This document shows, one piece after another, positions 41,133 to 50,003 of a DNA stretch of 64,000 nucleotides. The stretch spans positions 138-64,137 of the forward strand of contig JAZRCL010000057.1 of the NCBI GenBank assembly GCA_045659745.1, in the 5' to 3' direction. The stretch's first letter is position 1, and the number at the start of each line of letters is the position of its first letter. Made by a program: the position numbers and the translations under genes. Origin of the DNA: Eubacteriales bacterium (lineage in GTDB: Bacteria; Bacillota; Clostridia; Oscillospirales; CAG-272). A model generated the notes under the pieces. The model was not told the origin of the DNA. It saw only the letters and a list, made by a program, of their open reading frames with translations, and searched no databases.

Positions 41133-42938
41133 ATGGAAAACAAATTTATAGTTAACATAATACACCGACCCGAGCTTTCGCCCGAGTATGCCGAAAAGGC
41201 GCTTGGAAAGGGCGAGGGAGTGCGCGACGAATCGCTGGACATATTCAGATTTCAGCAGGACACCGCTCATAAATACGGACTTAAGACCACTATACAGATA
41301 ACCTACGCGTCCTTATTCTCGGACGTGATCATTGAGCTTGCAAAGCGCGAGCGCGAGGAATACGGTGACGAGATAGGACTGTCCCTCTTAGGACTTCCTT
41401 GTCCCGAATTCAAGGAAAAATATAAGACCGAAGACTTCTGCATCTGGATGTTCGATGAGGCGACCAAGCGGGAGATAATAGACGATGTTTTCGGCAAATT
41501 CTACGAAAAATTCGGATTTTATCCTGAGTCTACGTCAAGCTATTTCCTTGACGCGTACACCATAAATTATATTAAGGAAAATTATCCGAGCGTGAAATGC
41601 GCAGTCGCTACCTGCTGGGAGGAGGGCCCCAAGGCATACCACACCTGTAATAACTCGTGGTATACGTTTATGGATGGCGGCCCGTGGAATCCTTGGATAC
41701 CTTCAAAAACAAACTCCCACTGTCCTGCATCCTGCGAGGATGACGATTCGGGCATAGTTGCCATTCCGCACCTCTCGCGCGATCTCATGGCGTGCTTTGA
41801 CGGAAACGGCTCAAACTTTGGAACTCACCCGCAGAACGTCCTCCGCGGAATGATATACTACAACGAGGACGGGGAATACGAGTATCCCTATCTGTATAAC
41901 CTCGTTGACCAGTACCGTCACCTTGCAAAATATAACGACGGATACAGCTACAATATGATGTTCGTGGGTCCGGGCTGGCTCAACAGACGCGGGCGTTGGG
42001 AAGCACCCTACGAGCTGCTTGCAAAGTCCTATGACGACGGTATGAAATATTACGGCAAGCTCAAAGCCGAGGGCAAGCTTATTGATATGACAATGAGCGA
42101 GTTTGCGGATTATTACCGCAGCTGCCACAAGGACTATTCACGCGGAGAGTGCGCGCTTTGGAAGGATATTCTGTACGGAAGCAATAAAGAATATTTCTGG
42201 TATGCCGACCCTGCGATGAGAACCTGTCTTGACTTCAATCAGGGCGGTGCTATGATAGACCTTCGTCCGTATATCGCAAGAATACCTCAAAAGACGGGTA
42301 TCGGTACGGACAACGTGTACGATGCGTCCTATCCTTACCTTATACAGATAAACTACCGCGCAGGCTACTTTACGCACTATGCAGGCGCAGGAACGATAAA
42401 GTCCTGCAAGGTCAGCTGCCGTGGCGAGAGCGCAGACCTTTGTCTGTGCAGAACTATGGCAGTCTATGAGAAGATTGACGGTGGTGTGCGTCTTACAGCA
42501 GATCCCGTGACAGTCACACTTGGCGGACTTGATATTGCTATTAAATCGGTATTTACAATTCTTGAAGGCTCGGGCGAGATAATTACCGAGAGACTTATAC
42601 TCAATGATCTCGGCGGCGAGCTGGTCACTTTTGAGGAATATTTCACAGGTGCGTTCGGCACTACCGAGTATCAGGCTGATATGACAAGTATCACCCTCGG
42701 TGTTGACGGCGAGCAGATGCAGTTCTCGTATCTCGGCAGAAAGATAGTCAAGCAGAGCGCTGAGTGCGCGTATGTAAGCATTCCCGACGTTCTTACAACA
42801 ATAGAGATGGGCGGCGAGTGCGACGAGTCGCTGGTCGAGGAGGGAATAGCGTTCTCTCCCGTATATCATCTCGCTCTCCGCAAGACTGTCAGTAAAGGAG
42901 GAGTTAAAACATGGCTCAGGCTACGAAAGGTAAATTAA
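41133..42938 (+). CDS. Uncharacterised 601-aa cytoplasmic protein embedded in the glycan operon
   Basis: ATG 41133 after an AAGGAAAG Shine-Dalgarno, translationally packed between glycoside hydrolase genes. No signal peptide. No motif I can assign. Confidence 0.6.
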   Translation: MENKFIVNIIHRPELSPEYAEKALGKGEGVRDESLDIFRFQQDTAHKYGLKTTIQITYASLFSDVIIELAKREREEYGDEIGLSLLGLPCPEFKEKYKTEDFCIWMFDEATKREIIDDVFGKFYEKFGFYPESTSSYFLDAYTINYIKENYPSVKCAVATCWEEGPKAYHTCNNSWYTFMDGGPWNPWIPSKTNSHCPASCEDDDSGIVAIPHLSRDLMACFDGNGSNFGTHPQNVLRGMIYYNEDGEYEYPYLYNLVDQYRHLAKYNDGYSYNMMFVGPGWLNRRGRWEAPYELLAKSYDDGMKYYGKLKAEGKLIDMTMSEFADYYRSCHKDYSRGECALWKDILYGSNKEYFWYADPAMRTCLDFNQGGAMIDLRPYIARIPQKTGIGTDNVYDASYPYLIQINYRAGYFTHYAGAGTIKSCKVSCRGESADLCLCRTMAVYEKIDGGVRLTADPVTVTLGGLDIAIKSVFTILEGSGEIITERLILNDLGGELVTFEEYFTGAFGTTEYQADMTSITLGVDGEQMQFSYLGRKIVKQSAECAYVSIPDVLTTIEMGGECDESLVEEGIAFSPVYHLALRKTVSKGGVKTWLRLRKVN

Positions 42939-43171
42939 ATTTCCGTTGTCCCTCGTGCTTTATGAGAGATATCGATATAGATATGTTCTTTGACGAGGAG
43001 AAAAAAGAATATTACTGTCTGCGTTGCTCGTTTACAGGAACGGAGGCGGACGTGTTGCGTCTCAACGAGGCGGCAAGATACCGCTATCGCGCTATGAGAA
43101 TGCGAGTCGTGGATTTCGGTGAGGACAACCAACCCGTAAAATTTGAAAAGCACAAGGGAGGAGAACAATGA
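42911..43171 (+). CDS. Small zinc-ribbon protein (CxxC...CxxC)
   Basis: 86 aa. CPSC-(21)-CLRC. AAAGGAGG Shine-Dalgarno inside the upstream gene. Overlaps the upstream gene by 28 nt and the downstream gene by ATGA. Confidence 0.5.
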   Translation: MAQATKGKLNFRCPSCFMRDIDIDMFFDEEKKEYYCLRCSFTGTEADVLRLNEAARYRYRAMRMRVVDFGEDNQPVKFEKHKGGEQ

Positions 43172-44280
43172 TCCTCGGAATTGACGTTTCGACCTACCTT
43201 GAGGAGCTCGAGCACGGCGCCAAATTTTACGACGGAGACACCGAGATTGACCCGCTTGACGAATTTGTCCGCAACGGGGTCAATTATATGCGTATCCGCG
43301 TATGGAACAATCCCAAAGGCGAGGACGGCCAGCCCTATCTTGCAGGAAACTGCGATATTTACCATTACGTAAAGCTCGCAACTCTTGCAAAATCTAAGGG
43401 ATATAAGCTACTGCTTGATTTCCATTACAGCGATTTTTGGGCAGACCCGGGCAAACAAATGATACCTAAGGCTTGGAGAAATTACGGCATTGACGAGATG
43501 ACCTCGGCGGTATATGAGTTTACAAAGGAATGTCTTGAAATTGCAAAGGCAAATGACGTTTCCCCCGAGCTTATTCAGGTGGGCAACGAGATAACAAATG
43601 GTATGCTCTGGCCAATAGGACGTCTTGATGAAAGTAAGGAAGGTGAAAGAGGGAATTATGAAAACCTCTGCCGCCTTATTGATGCGGGATGCCGCGCCTG
43701 TCGCGAGGCTTGTCCCGAGGCGGAGATAATTCTTCACCTTGAGCGCAGTCACGATAAAGCTGTATATCAGGAATTTTTCACGAAGATGGAGAATGCCCAT
43801 ATCGATTACGATATTATAGGCGCGTCGTATTACCCCTATTGGCACGGTACACCTACTCAGCTTTTTGAAAACCTCAATAATTGCCGACGCTTTGGCAAAA
43901 AGCTTATGGTCGTCGAGCTTGGCTACGGATTTACTACCGAGGCATACTGTCTTGACGGCAAGTCGCAAAGACTTGTGATTGACTCTGAGCGCGCTTACGT
44001 TGCGGGATTTACCGAAAATTATCCAATAACGCCCGAGGGTCAGGCAGCGTTTGTCAAAGACTTTCTCTTGCTTGCGCGAAAGAATTGCATTGACGGCGTA
44101 TTTTATTGGGAGCCTCTTTGGCTGCCGGGCGAAGGCATCTGTTGGGCGTCTGAGGCAGGGCAGGAATACATCAACGAACAAGGTAAATCTACCACTAACG
44201 AATGGGCAAATCAGTGCCTGTTTGACTACAATGGAAAGAAACTTCCAGCCTTCGATGAATACACAAATATCATTGTGTAA
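43168..44280 (+). CDS. Cytoplasmic GH53-family beta-1,4-galactanase homologue
   Basis: No signal peptide. NYMRIRVWNNP...AGNCD...LLLDFHYSDFWADPGKQ..PKAW, VGNEITNG, VVELGY catalytic blocks. Confidence 0.88.
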   Translation: MILGIDVSTYLEELEHGAKFYDGDTEIDPLDEFVRNGVNYMRIRVWNNPKGEDGQPYLAGNCDIYHYVKLATLAKSKGYKLLLDFHYSDFWADPGKQMIPKAWRNYGIDEMTSAVYEFTKECLEIAKANDVSPELIQVGNEITNGMLWPIGRLDESKEGERGNYENLCRLIDAGCRACREACPEAEIILHLERSHDKAVYQEFFTKMENAHIDYDIIGASYYPYWHGTPTQLFENLNNCRRFGKKLMVVELGYGFTTEAYCLDGKSQRLVIDSERAYVAGFTENYPITPEGQAAFVKDFLLLARKNCIDGVFYWEPLWLPGEGICWASEAGQEYINEQGKSTTNEWANQCLFDYNGKKLPAFDEYTNIIV

Positions 44281-44364
44281 AATTTGTTAATTTCACATTG
44301 TGTAGAAAAAAACATTTGAATATTGGTGAAAATGCCGAATTTGAGTTTTGAATTCAGAATGTTA

Positions 44365-44393
44365 TTGACAAAACAACTAAAATGTGATAGAAT
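44365..44393 (+). promoter_or_regulatory. Sigma-A type promoter TTGACA-17-TAGAAT (TG-extended) for the ABC importer genes
   Basis: TTGACA 44365-44370, tgaTAGAAT ending at 44393. Confidence 0.6.
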
Positions 44394-44446
44394 CATTAAG
44401 GCACAAAGGTGCATAAAAAAACATAATCCTAAGGAGGAATTATATT

Positions 44447-46081
44447 ATGAAAAGAATGAGTAAGATTATAGCACTCTTGCTCGTACTCGCATTTGTTTTT
44501 GTTGGTGTTGTAGCTTGTAAGGATAACACACCTGACGAGAACCCCAGCGAGAACCCTAGCACAAACAAACCCGATGGTAACAAACCCGTTGTAAATCCCC
44601 TTGCTGGTACATACGATATCACAATGTGGGTTTCCGAGAAGGAAGGCGTTGCTGATCAGTTCAAGCAGCAGATTGCAGAATTTATGGCAGCTAACCCCGG
44701 TATCATCATCAACGCTTCTATTGAAGGCGTAACCGAGGCAGACGCAGGCTCCAAGGTTGTTGCTGACGTTGCTTCCGCTCCCGATATGTACTGTTTCGCA
44801 CAGGACCAGCTCGCTCGTCTCGTTCAGGCAGCAGCTCTTGCAGGTCCCGGCGGTGACATCGCTAAGCTTATCAAGGAATCCAACGACGCAGGTTCCGTTG
44901 CTGCAGCTTCCGTTGCAGGAACAATCTACGCTTATCCTATGACAAGTGACAATGGTTACTATATGTACTACGATACAAGCATCATCTCTGAGGAAGACGC
45001 AGAGAGCCTTGAGGCTATCATCGCAGCTTGCGAGGACAGCGGTAAGCTCTTCCGTTTCGCTCTTGAGAACGCTTGGTACACAGCATCCTTCTTCTTCGCT
45101 ACAGGTTGTAACTCCAACTGGTCTATGAACGAAGATGGCGATTTTATCGCCGTTGACGATGACTTCAACTCCACAAAGGGTCTTATCGCTATGAAGGGTA
45201 TGCAGAAGCTCGCTCAGTCTTCCATTTACGACTCCAACGCTGATATCTTCACAGACGCAGGCGTAGTTGTAACAGGTATCTGGAACGCAGAGGCAGCAGA
45301 GGCTCACTTCGGTGAGAACTTCGGCGTAACCGATCTTCCTTCCTTCACAGTTGACGGTGAGTCCTATCACCTCGGCTCCTACACCGGTAACAAGCTTCTC
45401 GGTGTAAAGCCTCAGCAGGATAAAAACAGAGCAGCAGTTCTTTCTCTCCTTGCACAGTACCTCACAAACGAGGCGTGCCAGACTCAGAGATATGAGAGCT
45501 TCCAGTGGGGTCCCTCTAACCTCGCAGCTCAGCAGTCCGAGGCAGTTCAGGCTAACCCCTCTCTTGCAGCTCTTGCTAAGCAGAACGCATACGGTCAGCC
45601 TCAGGGTCAGATCCACGGTTCTTGGTGGGATATAGCAAAGGTTCTTGGTGCAGAAGCTAAGGCAGCTACATCCGAGCAGGATCTTAAGGATGCTCTTACA
45701 GACTACCAGGCAGCTATCGACGGTCTCTTCCAGATGACTGAAGAGCAGAAGATGGCTTGGTCCGTAATCGGTTCCGTTAACGGCGCAAGCTGGGATACAG
45801 ACTTCGCTATGACAAAGGTTAACGATACAACTTGGGAATCCGTTGTTCTTAATCTCGAAGCAGGTCAGGAATTTAAGCTCCGCCGCGGCGCAGCATGGGT
45901 TCCTCAGATAGGTGTAACCAATGATAACACCGGAGAAACAGACGGTGGATACTACGTAAGACTTGCTGACTCGAATCCTGAGCCCGGCAACATCGTTGTT
46001 GAAGTAACCGGTAGCTATAAGGTTCAGCTTGTTTGGGACGGCACTTCCACTAGCGCAGTAGTTAACCTTATTCCCGCATAA
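44447..46081 (+). CDS. ABC transporter oligosaccharide-binding lipoprotein (MalE/CycB-like) fused to a C-terminal carbohydrate-binding-like domain
   Basis: Lipobox GVVA|C and a Pro/Asn-rich linker. Family-1 solute-binding core about aa 55-435. An extra about 108-aa C-terminal segment WSVIGSVNGASWDTDFAMTKV..TTWESV..LEAGQEFKLRRG..W. Confidence 0.88.
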   Translation: MKRMSKIIALLLVLAFVFVGVVACKDNTPDENPSENPSTNKPDGNKPVVNPLAGTYDITMWVSEKEGVADQFKQQIAEFMAANPGIIINASIEGVTEADAGSKVVADVASAPDMYCFAQDQLARLVQAAALAGPGGDIAKLIKESNDAGSVAAASVAGTIYAYPMTSDNGYYMYYDTSIISEEDAESLEAIIAACEDSGKLFRFALENAWYTASFFFATGCNSNWSMNEDGDFIAVDDDFNSTKGLIAMKGMQKLAQSSIYDSNADIFTDAGVVVTGIWNAEAAEAHFGENFGVTDLPSFTVDGESYHLGSYTGNKLLGVKPQQDKNRAAVLSLLAQYLTNEACQTQRYESFQWGPSNLAAQQSEAVQANPSLAALAKQNAYGQPQGQIHGSWWDIAKVLGAEAKAATSEQDLKDALTDYQAAIDGLFQMTEEQKMAWSVIGSVNGASWDTDFAMTKVNDTTWESVVLNLEAGQEFKLRRGAAWVPQIGVTNDNTGETDGGYYVRLADSNPEPGNIVVEVTGSYKVQLVWDGTSTSAVVNLIPA

Positions 46082-46105
46082 TAATATTTGCGATTGAGGT
46101 TTTTT

Positions 46106-46130
46106 GCGGGTGAGCCTCAGGCTCACCCGC
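46106..46130 (+). other. GC-rich stem-loop in the SBP-permease intergenic region
   Basis: gcgggtgagcc-tca-ggctcacccgc, 11-bp stem, no downstream T tract. Confidence 0.6.
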
Positions 46131-46144
46131 CCTTGATATAAAAA

Positions 46145-46204
46145 AGGCATTGTTAGCCGATATACAAGGACAACAGTTGTCTTGTGTGTCGGCTAACAAT
46201 GCCT
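46145..46204 (+). other. Long (about 30 bp) extended hairpin in the SBP-permease intergenic region
   Basis: Perfect 16-bp outer arms aggcattgttagccga / tcggctaacaatgcct, plus an inner bulged stem acaaggacaac / gttgtcttgt. Confidence 0.6.
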
Positions 46205-46252
46205 CTAATTATTTTAGAAGGAGCTCGAATAAACTCGGCTTATGCTTTTAAT

Positions 46253-47857
46253 ATGAAAAGATTAAACGATTTGGAATACTTAAAGCTAAGTAAATTCGCG
46301 GCGTTTTGGTATAATATCAAGCTCTTCTTCCTCATTATGATACCAACATGGTTCAAAAATCTTGGAAAGAAGATATGGAATCTTATCAAGGGCTGCGGCT
46401 CGGCTATCAAAAACGAATTTTTAGATATAACCCGTACCTTTACCAAAGGTAACTGGGCAGTAAAGCTCTCCTTCCTCATCTTTGGATTTGGAAACCTTTA
46501 TCATGGACAGATCCTTCGCGGAATACTGTTCCTGGTATTTGAAATAGTATTTATTGTATATATGGCTCTTCCCAGCGGCGGCGCATTCTGGCTCGCCAAG
46601 TGTAATTGGTTCCAGGTAGGTCAGACGGTGGGTACGGTTCAGGGTCATACTGAAATTGAGACGACGATATATCCTATGCCCGGTGTTGGTGATATAGAAA
46701 TTGAAACACCTGTGTGGGTGCCCGGCGACGACTCTGTTAAGGTGTTGTTCTACGGCCTTTTGACAGTTCTCTTTATCGTGGCATTCATATATACCTGGAG
46801 ACTTCAGGTCAAGCAGTGCCGTATATGTATGGACATTACCGCAACGGGCAAGAAGGTAAGAAGCGGCAAGCAGGACTTAAAGTCACTCCTTGACGACCAG
46901 TTTCACAAGACCCTTCTTGCTCTCCCCGTGGCAGGAATTCTGTTCTTCACAGTAATCCCGATAATATACATGGTAATTATAGCCTTCACAAGCTATTCTG
47001 CAGAGGCTGACGGATACTCCAACCTGTTCACTTGGGTAGGCTGGGAGCATTTCAACGAGATCACCAACTTTAGCAAGGGCGGACTTGGTCTTGCCTTTGG
47101 AGAGATACTCGGCTGGACGCTTATCTGGTCGATTTTTGCTACCTTTACAAACTATTTCCTTGGAATGTTTGTCGCTATTATGATAAACAAAAAGGGAATA
47201 AAGATAAAGAAATTCTGGAGAACGGTGCTGGTTATGACCATCGCTATTCCTCAGTTCGTATCTCTGCTTTACGTTGCAAAGCTGTTTGATAAATCAGGTA
47301 TTATAGGTAGTGTACTTAATCAGGTGCCGTTTATCAATAATTATTTGACTTCTAACAACTTTATCTCCCTCTGGAATTCTCCCATAGTTGCAAAGATACT
47401 CGTTATCGTTATCAATATCTGGGTAGGTATTCCTTACATTATGCTTATGGCAACGGGTATTCTTATGAATATCCCTCAGGACCTTTACGAGTCCTCGCGT
47501 ATTGACGGCGCAAGCCCGTTCCAGCAGTACACAAAGATAACCCTTCCTTATATGATGTTCGTAATGGGCCCATATCTGCTTACGAGCTTCGTTGGAAACC
47601 TCAACAACTTTAACGTTATCTACCTGCTTACGAAGGGAGACCCGCTTAACACCGATATAGGTACGGCGGGCGGAGTATCCGTAGGACACACCGACCTGCT
47701 TATTACGTGGCTTTACAGAATGACACTCGGCGGCTCTGAAAGTAAATACTATATGGCGTCGGTCGTAGGTATTCTCGTATTTATAGTTGTTGCGGTCCTG
47801 TCGCTTATCATCTATAATGTAATTCCGTCAACGAGAAATGAGGAGGATTACAAGTAA
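46253..47857 (+). CDS. ABC transporter permease, MalF-like (with large N-terminal extension and periplasmic loop)
   Basis: Multiple TM helices. EAA-type loop YESSRIDGASPFQQYTKITLP. Start at ATG 46253 chosen because track start 46184 lies inside the hairpin. The Shine-Dalgarno is weak. Confidence 0.8.
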   Translation: MKRLNDLEYLKLSKFAAFWYNIKLFFLIMIPTWFKNLGKKIWNLIKGCGSAIKNEFLDITRTFTKGNWAVKLSFLIFGFGNLYHGQILRGILFLVFEIVFIVYMALPSGGAFWLAKCNWFQVGQTVGTVQGHTEIETTIYPMPGVGDIEIETPVWVPGDDSVKVLFYGLLTVLFIVAFIYTWRLQVKQCRICMDITATGKKVRSGKQDLKSLLDDQFHKTLLALPVAGILFFTVIPIIYMVIIAFTSYSAEADGYSNLFTWVGWEHFNEITNFSKGGLGLAFGEILGWTLIWSIFATFTNYFLGMFVAIMINKKGIKIKKFWRTVLVMTIAIPQFVSLLYVAKLFDKSGIIGSVLNQVPFINNYLTSNNFISLWNSPIVAKILVIVINIWVGIPYIMLMATGILMNIPQDLYESSRIDGASPFQQYTKITLPYMMFVMGPYLLTSFVGNLNNFNVIYLLTKGDPLNTDIGTAGGVSVGHTDLLITWLYRMTLGGSESKYYMASVVGILVFIVVAVLSLIIYNVIPSTRNEEDYK

Positions 47858-48741
47858 TGAAAAAACAAGATAACAACCAAATACAGAAAACAGGTCTCGG
47901 AGCAAAGGCAAGCAGACGTATAGGCAACACAATTATTTACATAGTGCTTATTCTTATCACTGTAATCTGGCTTTTCCCGTTCTTCGGTATCGTTCTTGAG
48001 TCCTTTAAGGTTGAAACGACGAGTATAACAAGCTATCTCTGGCCCAAGCAGTTTGGATTTGACAACTATATAAAACTGTTCAAGGAAACAGATTTCCTTA
48101 TCTGGTTCAGAAACACCGCAATTATGGGTGTGGCAACGGCAGTTCTCCAGACCTTCTTCGTGCTTTCAATGAGCTACGTGCTTTCGCGTCTCAGATTCAA
48201 GGGCAGAAAGGCTCTTATGAACCTTATGCTTATCCTTGGAATGTTCCCGGGATTCCTTACTATGATACTTATCTATAAGGTATTTGCAGATCTCGGCCTT
48301 ACACTGAATATGGCTCCTTTGGGTCTTATTATTGTTTACTGCGCGAGCAGCGGTATGGGATATTACGTATCAAAGGGCTTCTTTGATACCATTCCGAAGA
48401 GTCTTGACGAGGCGGCAAGAGTTGACGGAGCAACGCGTTGGCAGGTATTCTATAAGGTTATTATGCCACTTTCCAAGCCTATCGTAATATATACGATACT
48501 TATGGGCTTTATGGCTCCTTGGGGAGACTTTATGCTTGCAAGCTATCTCATACATGAAAACAGTCAGGGTATGAACGTCGCAGTAGGTATGTTCGAATGG
48601 CTTTCTATGACAAACCTTAATACGAATTACACAATGTTCTGCGCCGCGGGCGTAATAGTTGCAATTCCTGTTACCGTGGTATTCCTCTGCTTGCAGAAAT
48701 ACTACGTTGAAGGTGTGACAGGCGGAGCAGTGAAAGGATAA
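47857..48741 (+). CDS. ABC transporter permease, MalG-like
   Basis: EAA loop LDEAARVDGATRWQVFYKVIMP. Six TM helices. ATG overlaps the upstream stop (TAATG). Confidence 0.9.
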   Translation: MKKQDNNQIQKTGLGAKASRRIGNTIIYIVLILITVIWLFPFFGIVLESFKVETTSITSYLWPKQFGFDNYIKLFKETDFLIWFRNTAIMGVATAVLQTFFVLSMSYVLSRLRFKGRKALMNLMLILGMFPGFLTMILIYKVFADLGLTLNMAPLGLIIVYCASSGMGYYVSKGFFDTIPKSLDEAARVDGATRWQVFYKVIMPLSKPIVIYTILMGFMAPWGDFMLASYLIHENSQGMNVAVGMFEWLSMTNLNTNYTMFCAAGVIVAIPVTVVFLCLQKYYVEGVTGGAVKG

Positions 48742-48752
48742 GAGGGATAAAT

Positions 48753-49877
48753 ATGGCTACATTAAAATTAACTAACGTAAAGAAAATATACGGCAAGGAT
48801 ACTCTTGCGGTTGATAATTTCAACCTTGAGATTGCCGATAAAGAATTTATCGTTTTCGTAGGACCTTCGGGATGCGGAAAGTCCACCACGCTTCGTATGA
48901 TAGCGGGACTTGAGGACATCTCGGGAGGTACTATCGAGATCGACGATGTCGTTGTAAACGACCTTCAGCCCCGTGACCGTAATATCGCGATGGTTTTCCA
49001 GAACTACGCGCTTTATCCTCACCTCACAGTCTTTGAGAACATGGCGTTCAGCCTTAGACTCAAGAAGGCTCCTCAGGATGAGGTTTACAAAAAAGTCACC
49101 GAGGCAGCAGAGATCCTCGGCATCACAGAATACCTGACACGTAAGCCCAGAGCTCTTTCGGGCGGTCAGAGACAGAGAGTTGCTATCGGACGCGCTATGG
49201 TTCGTGACAGCAAGGTATTCCTTATGGATGAACCGCTCTCCAACCTTGACGCAAAGCTCCGTAACCAGATGAGAGCAGAGATAATTCTTCTCCGTCAGAA
49301 GATAGACAGTACCTTTATTTACGTAACTCACGATCAGACCGAGGCTATGACACTCGGTGACCGTATAGTTATTATGAAGGACGGTCTTATCCAGCAGGTC
49401 GGCACACCTACAGAGGTGTTTGATATGCCCGTTAACCTCTTCGTTGCAGAGTTTATAGGTGCTCCCAAGATGAACACCTTCAAGACAGAGCTTATCGAAG
49501 ATGGTGGCAAGTATTACGTAAAGCCTTACGGCGCAACCATTGAGGTGACCGGTAAGAAGGCAGAGATGCTCAAGGAAAAGGGCATTGGTTCAGGCGAGAT
49601 CATCCTCGGCGTACGTCCCGAGCATATCGTGCTTGCAGATCCCTCCAACCCTGCGGCAATTCCTTGCAAGGTAGTGGTAAATGAAATGATGGGTAGTGAG
49701 CTTCACCTCCACGTTGTAGAGGATAACGGCGACAGACTTATCGTTCGTGTTCCCACCGTATCGCTTTCCGACGAGCAGCGTAACGCTATGACGTACGGAA
49801 ATACCATTTACGTCACGTTTGAAGGAAAGGTAATGCATTTCTTCGACGCAGAAACACAGAATAATCTTCTCGTTTAA
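48753..49877 (+). CDS. ABC transporter ATP-binding protein, MsmX/MalK-type
   Basis: Walker A GPSGCGKST, signature LSGGQRQRVAIGRA, Walker B VFLMDEPLS, C-terminal regulatory/TOBE-like domain. Confidence 0.93.
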   Translation: MATLKLTNVKKIYGKDTLAVDNFNLEIADKEFIVFVGPSGCGKSTTLRMIAGLEDISGGTIEIDDVVVNDLQPRDRNIAMVFQNYALYPHLTVFENMAFSLRLKKAPQDEVYKKVTEAAEILGITEYLTRKPRALSGGQRQRVAIGRAMVRDSKVFLMDEPLSNLDAKLRNQMRAEIILLRQKIDSTFIYVTHDQTEAMTLGDRIVIMKDGLIQQVGTPTEVFDMPVNLFVAEFIGAPKMNTFKTELIEDGGKYYVKPYGATIEVTGKKAEMLKEKGIGSGEIILGVRPEHIVLADPSNPAAIPCKVVVNEMMGSELHLHVVEDNGDRLIVRVPTVSLSDEQRNAMTYGNTIYVTFEGKVMHFFDAETQNNLLV

Positions 49878-49889
49878 TCAAATATAACG

Positions 49890-49925
49890 GCATACCGCCT
49901 CGCATGAGGCGGTATGCTTTTTTTT
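49890..49925 (+). terminator. Strong intrinsic terminator closing the ABC operon
   Basis: gcataccgcctc-gcat-gaggcggtatgc followed by TTTTTTTT. Confidence 0.9.
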
Positions 49926-49938
49926 ACACTCAAATCTA

Positions 49939-49967
49939 TTGAATTTGTTTGCAAAGTATGCTATAAT
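49939..49967 (+). promoter_or_regulatory. Sigma-A type promoter TTGAAT-17-TATAAT for the VUT-family transporter gene
   Basis: TTGAAT 49939-49944, TATAAT 49962-49967. Confidence 0.55.
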
Positions 49968-50003
49968 AAAGAAAACGGATTAAAACAACGGAGTATATCA
50001 TAA

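Noticed and set aside
44429-46150. 573-aa minus-strand ORF
   Set aside because: It is entirely antisense to the solute-binding lipoprotein gene. The product is Cys/Val/Leu-rich with low-complexity character, and there is no Shine-Dalgarno. Long antisense ORFs like this are common opposite GC3-biased genes.
49968-50003. Possible preQ1 riboswitch upstream of the YhhQ/VUT transporter gene
   Set aside because: The leader is only about 35 nt (aaagaaaacggattaaaacaacggagtatatcataa). It lacks the P1 stem and the conserved loop plus A-rich tail pairing of preQ1-I (e.g. AGAGGUUCUAGCUACACCCUCUAUAAAAAACUAA). No complementary arms were found.
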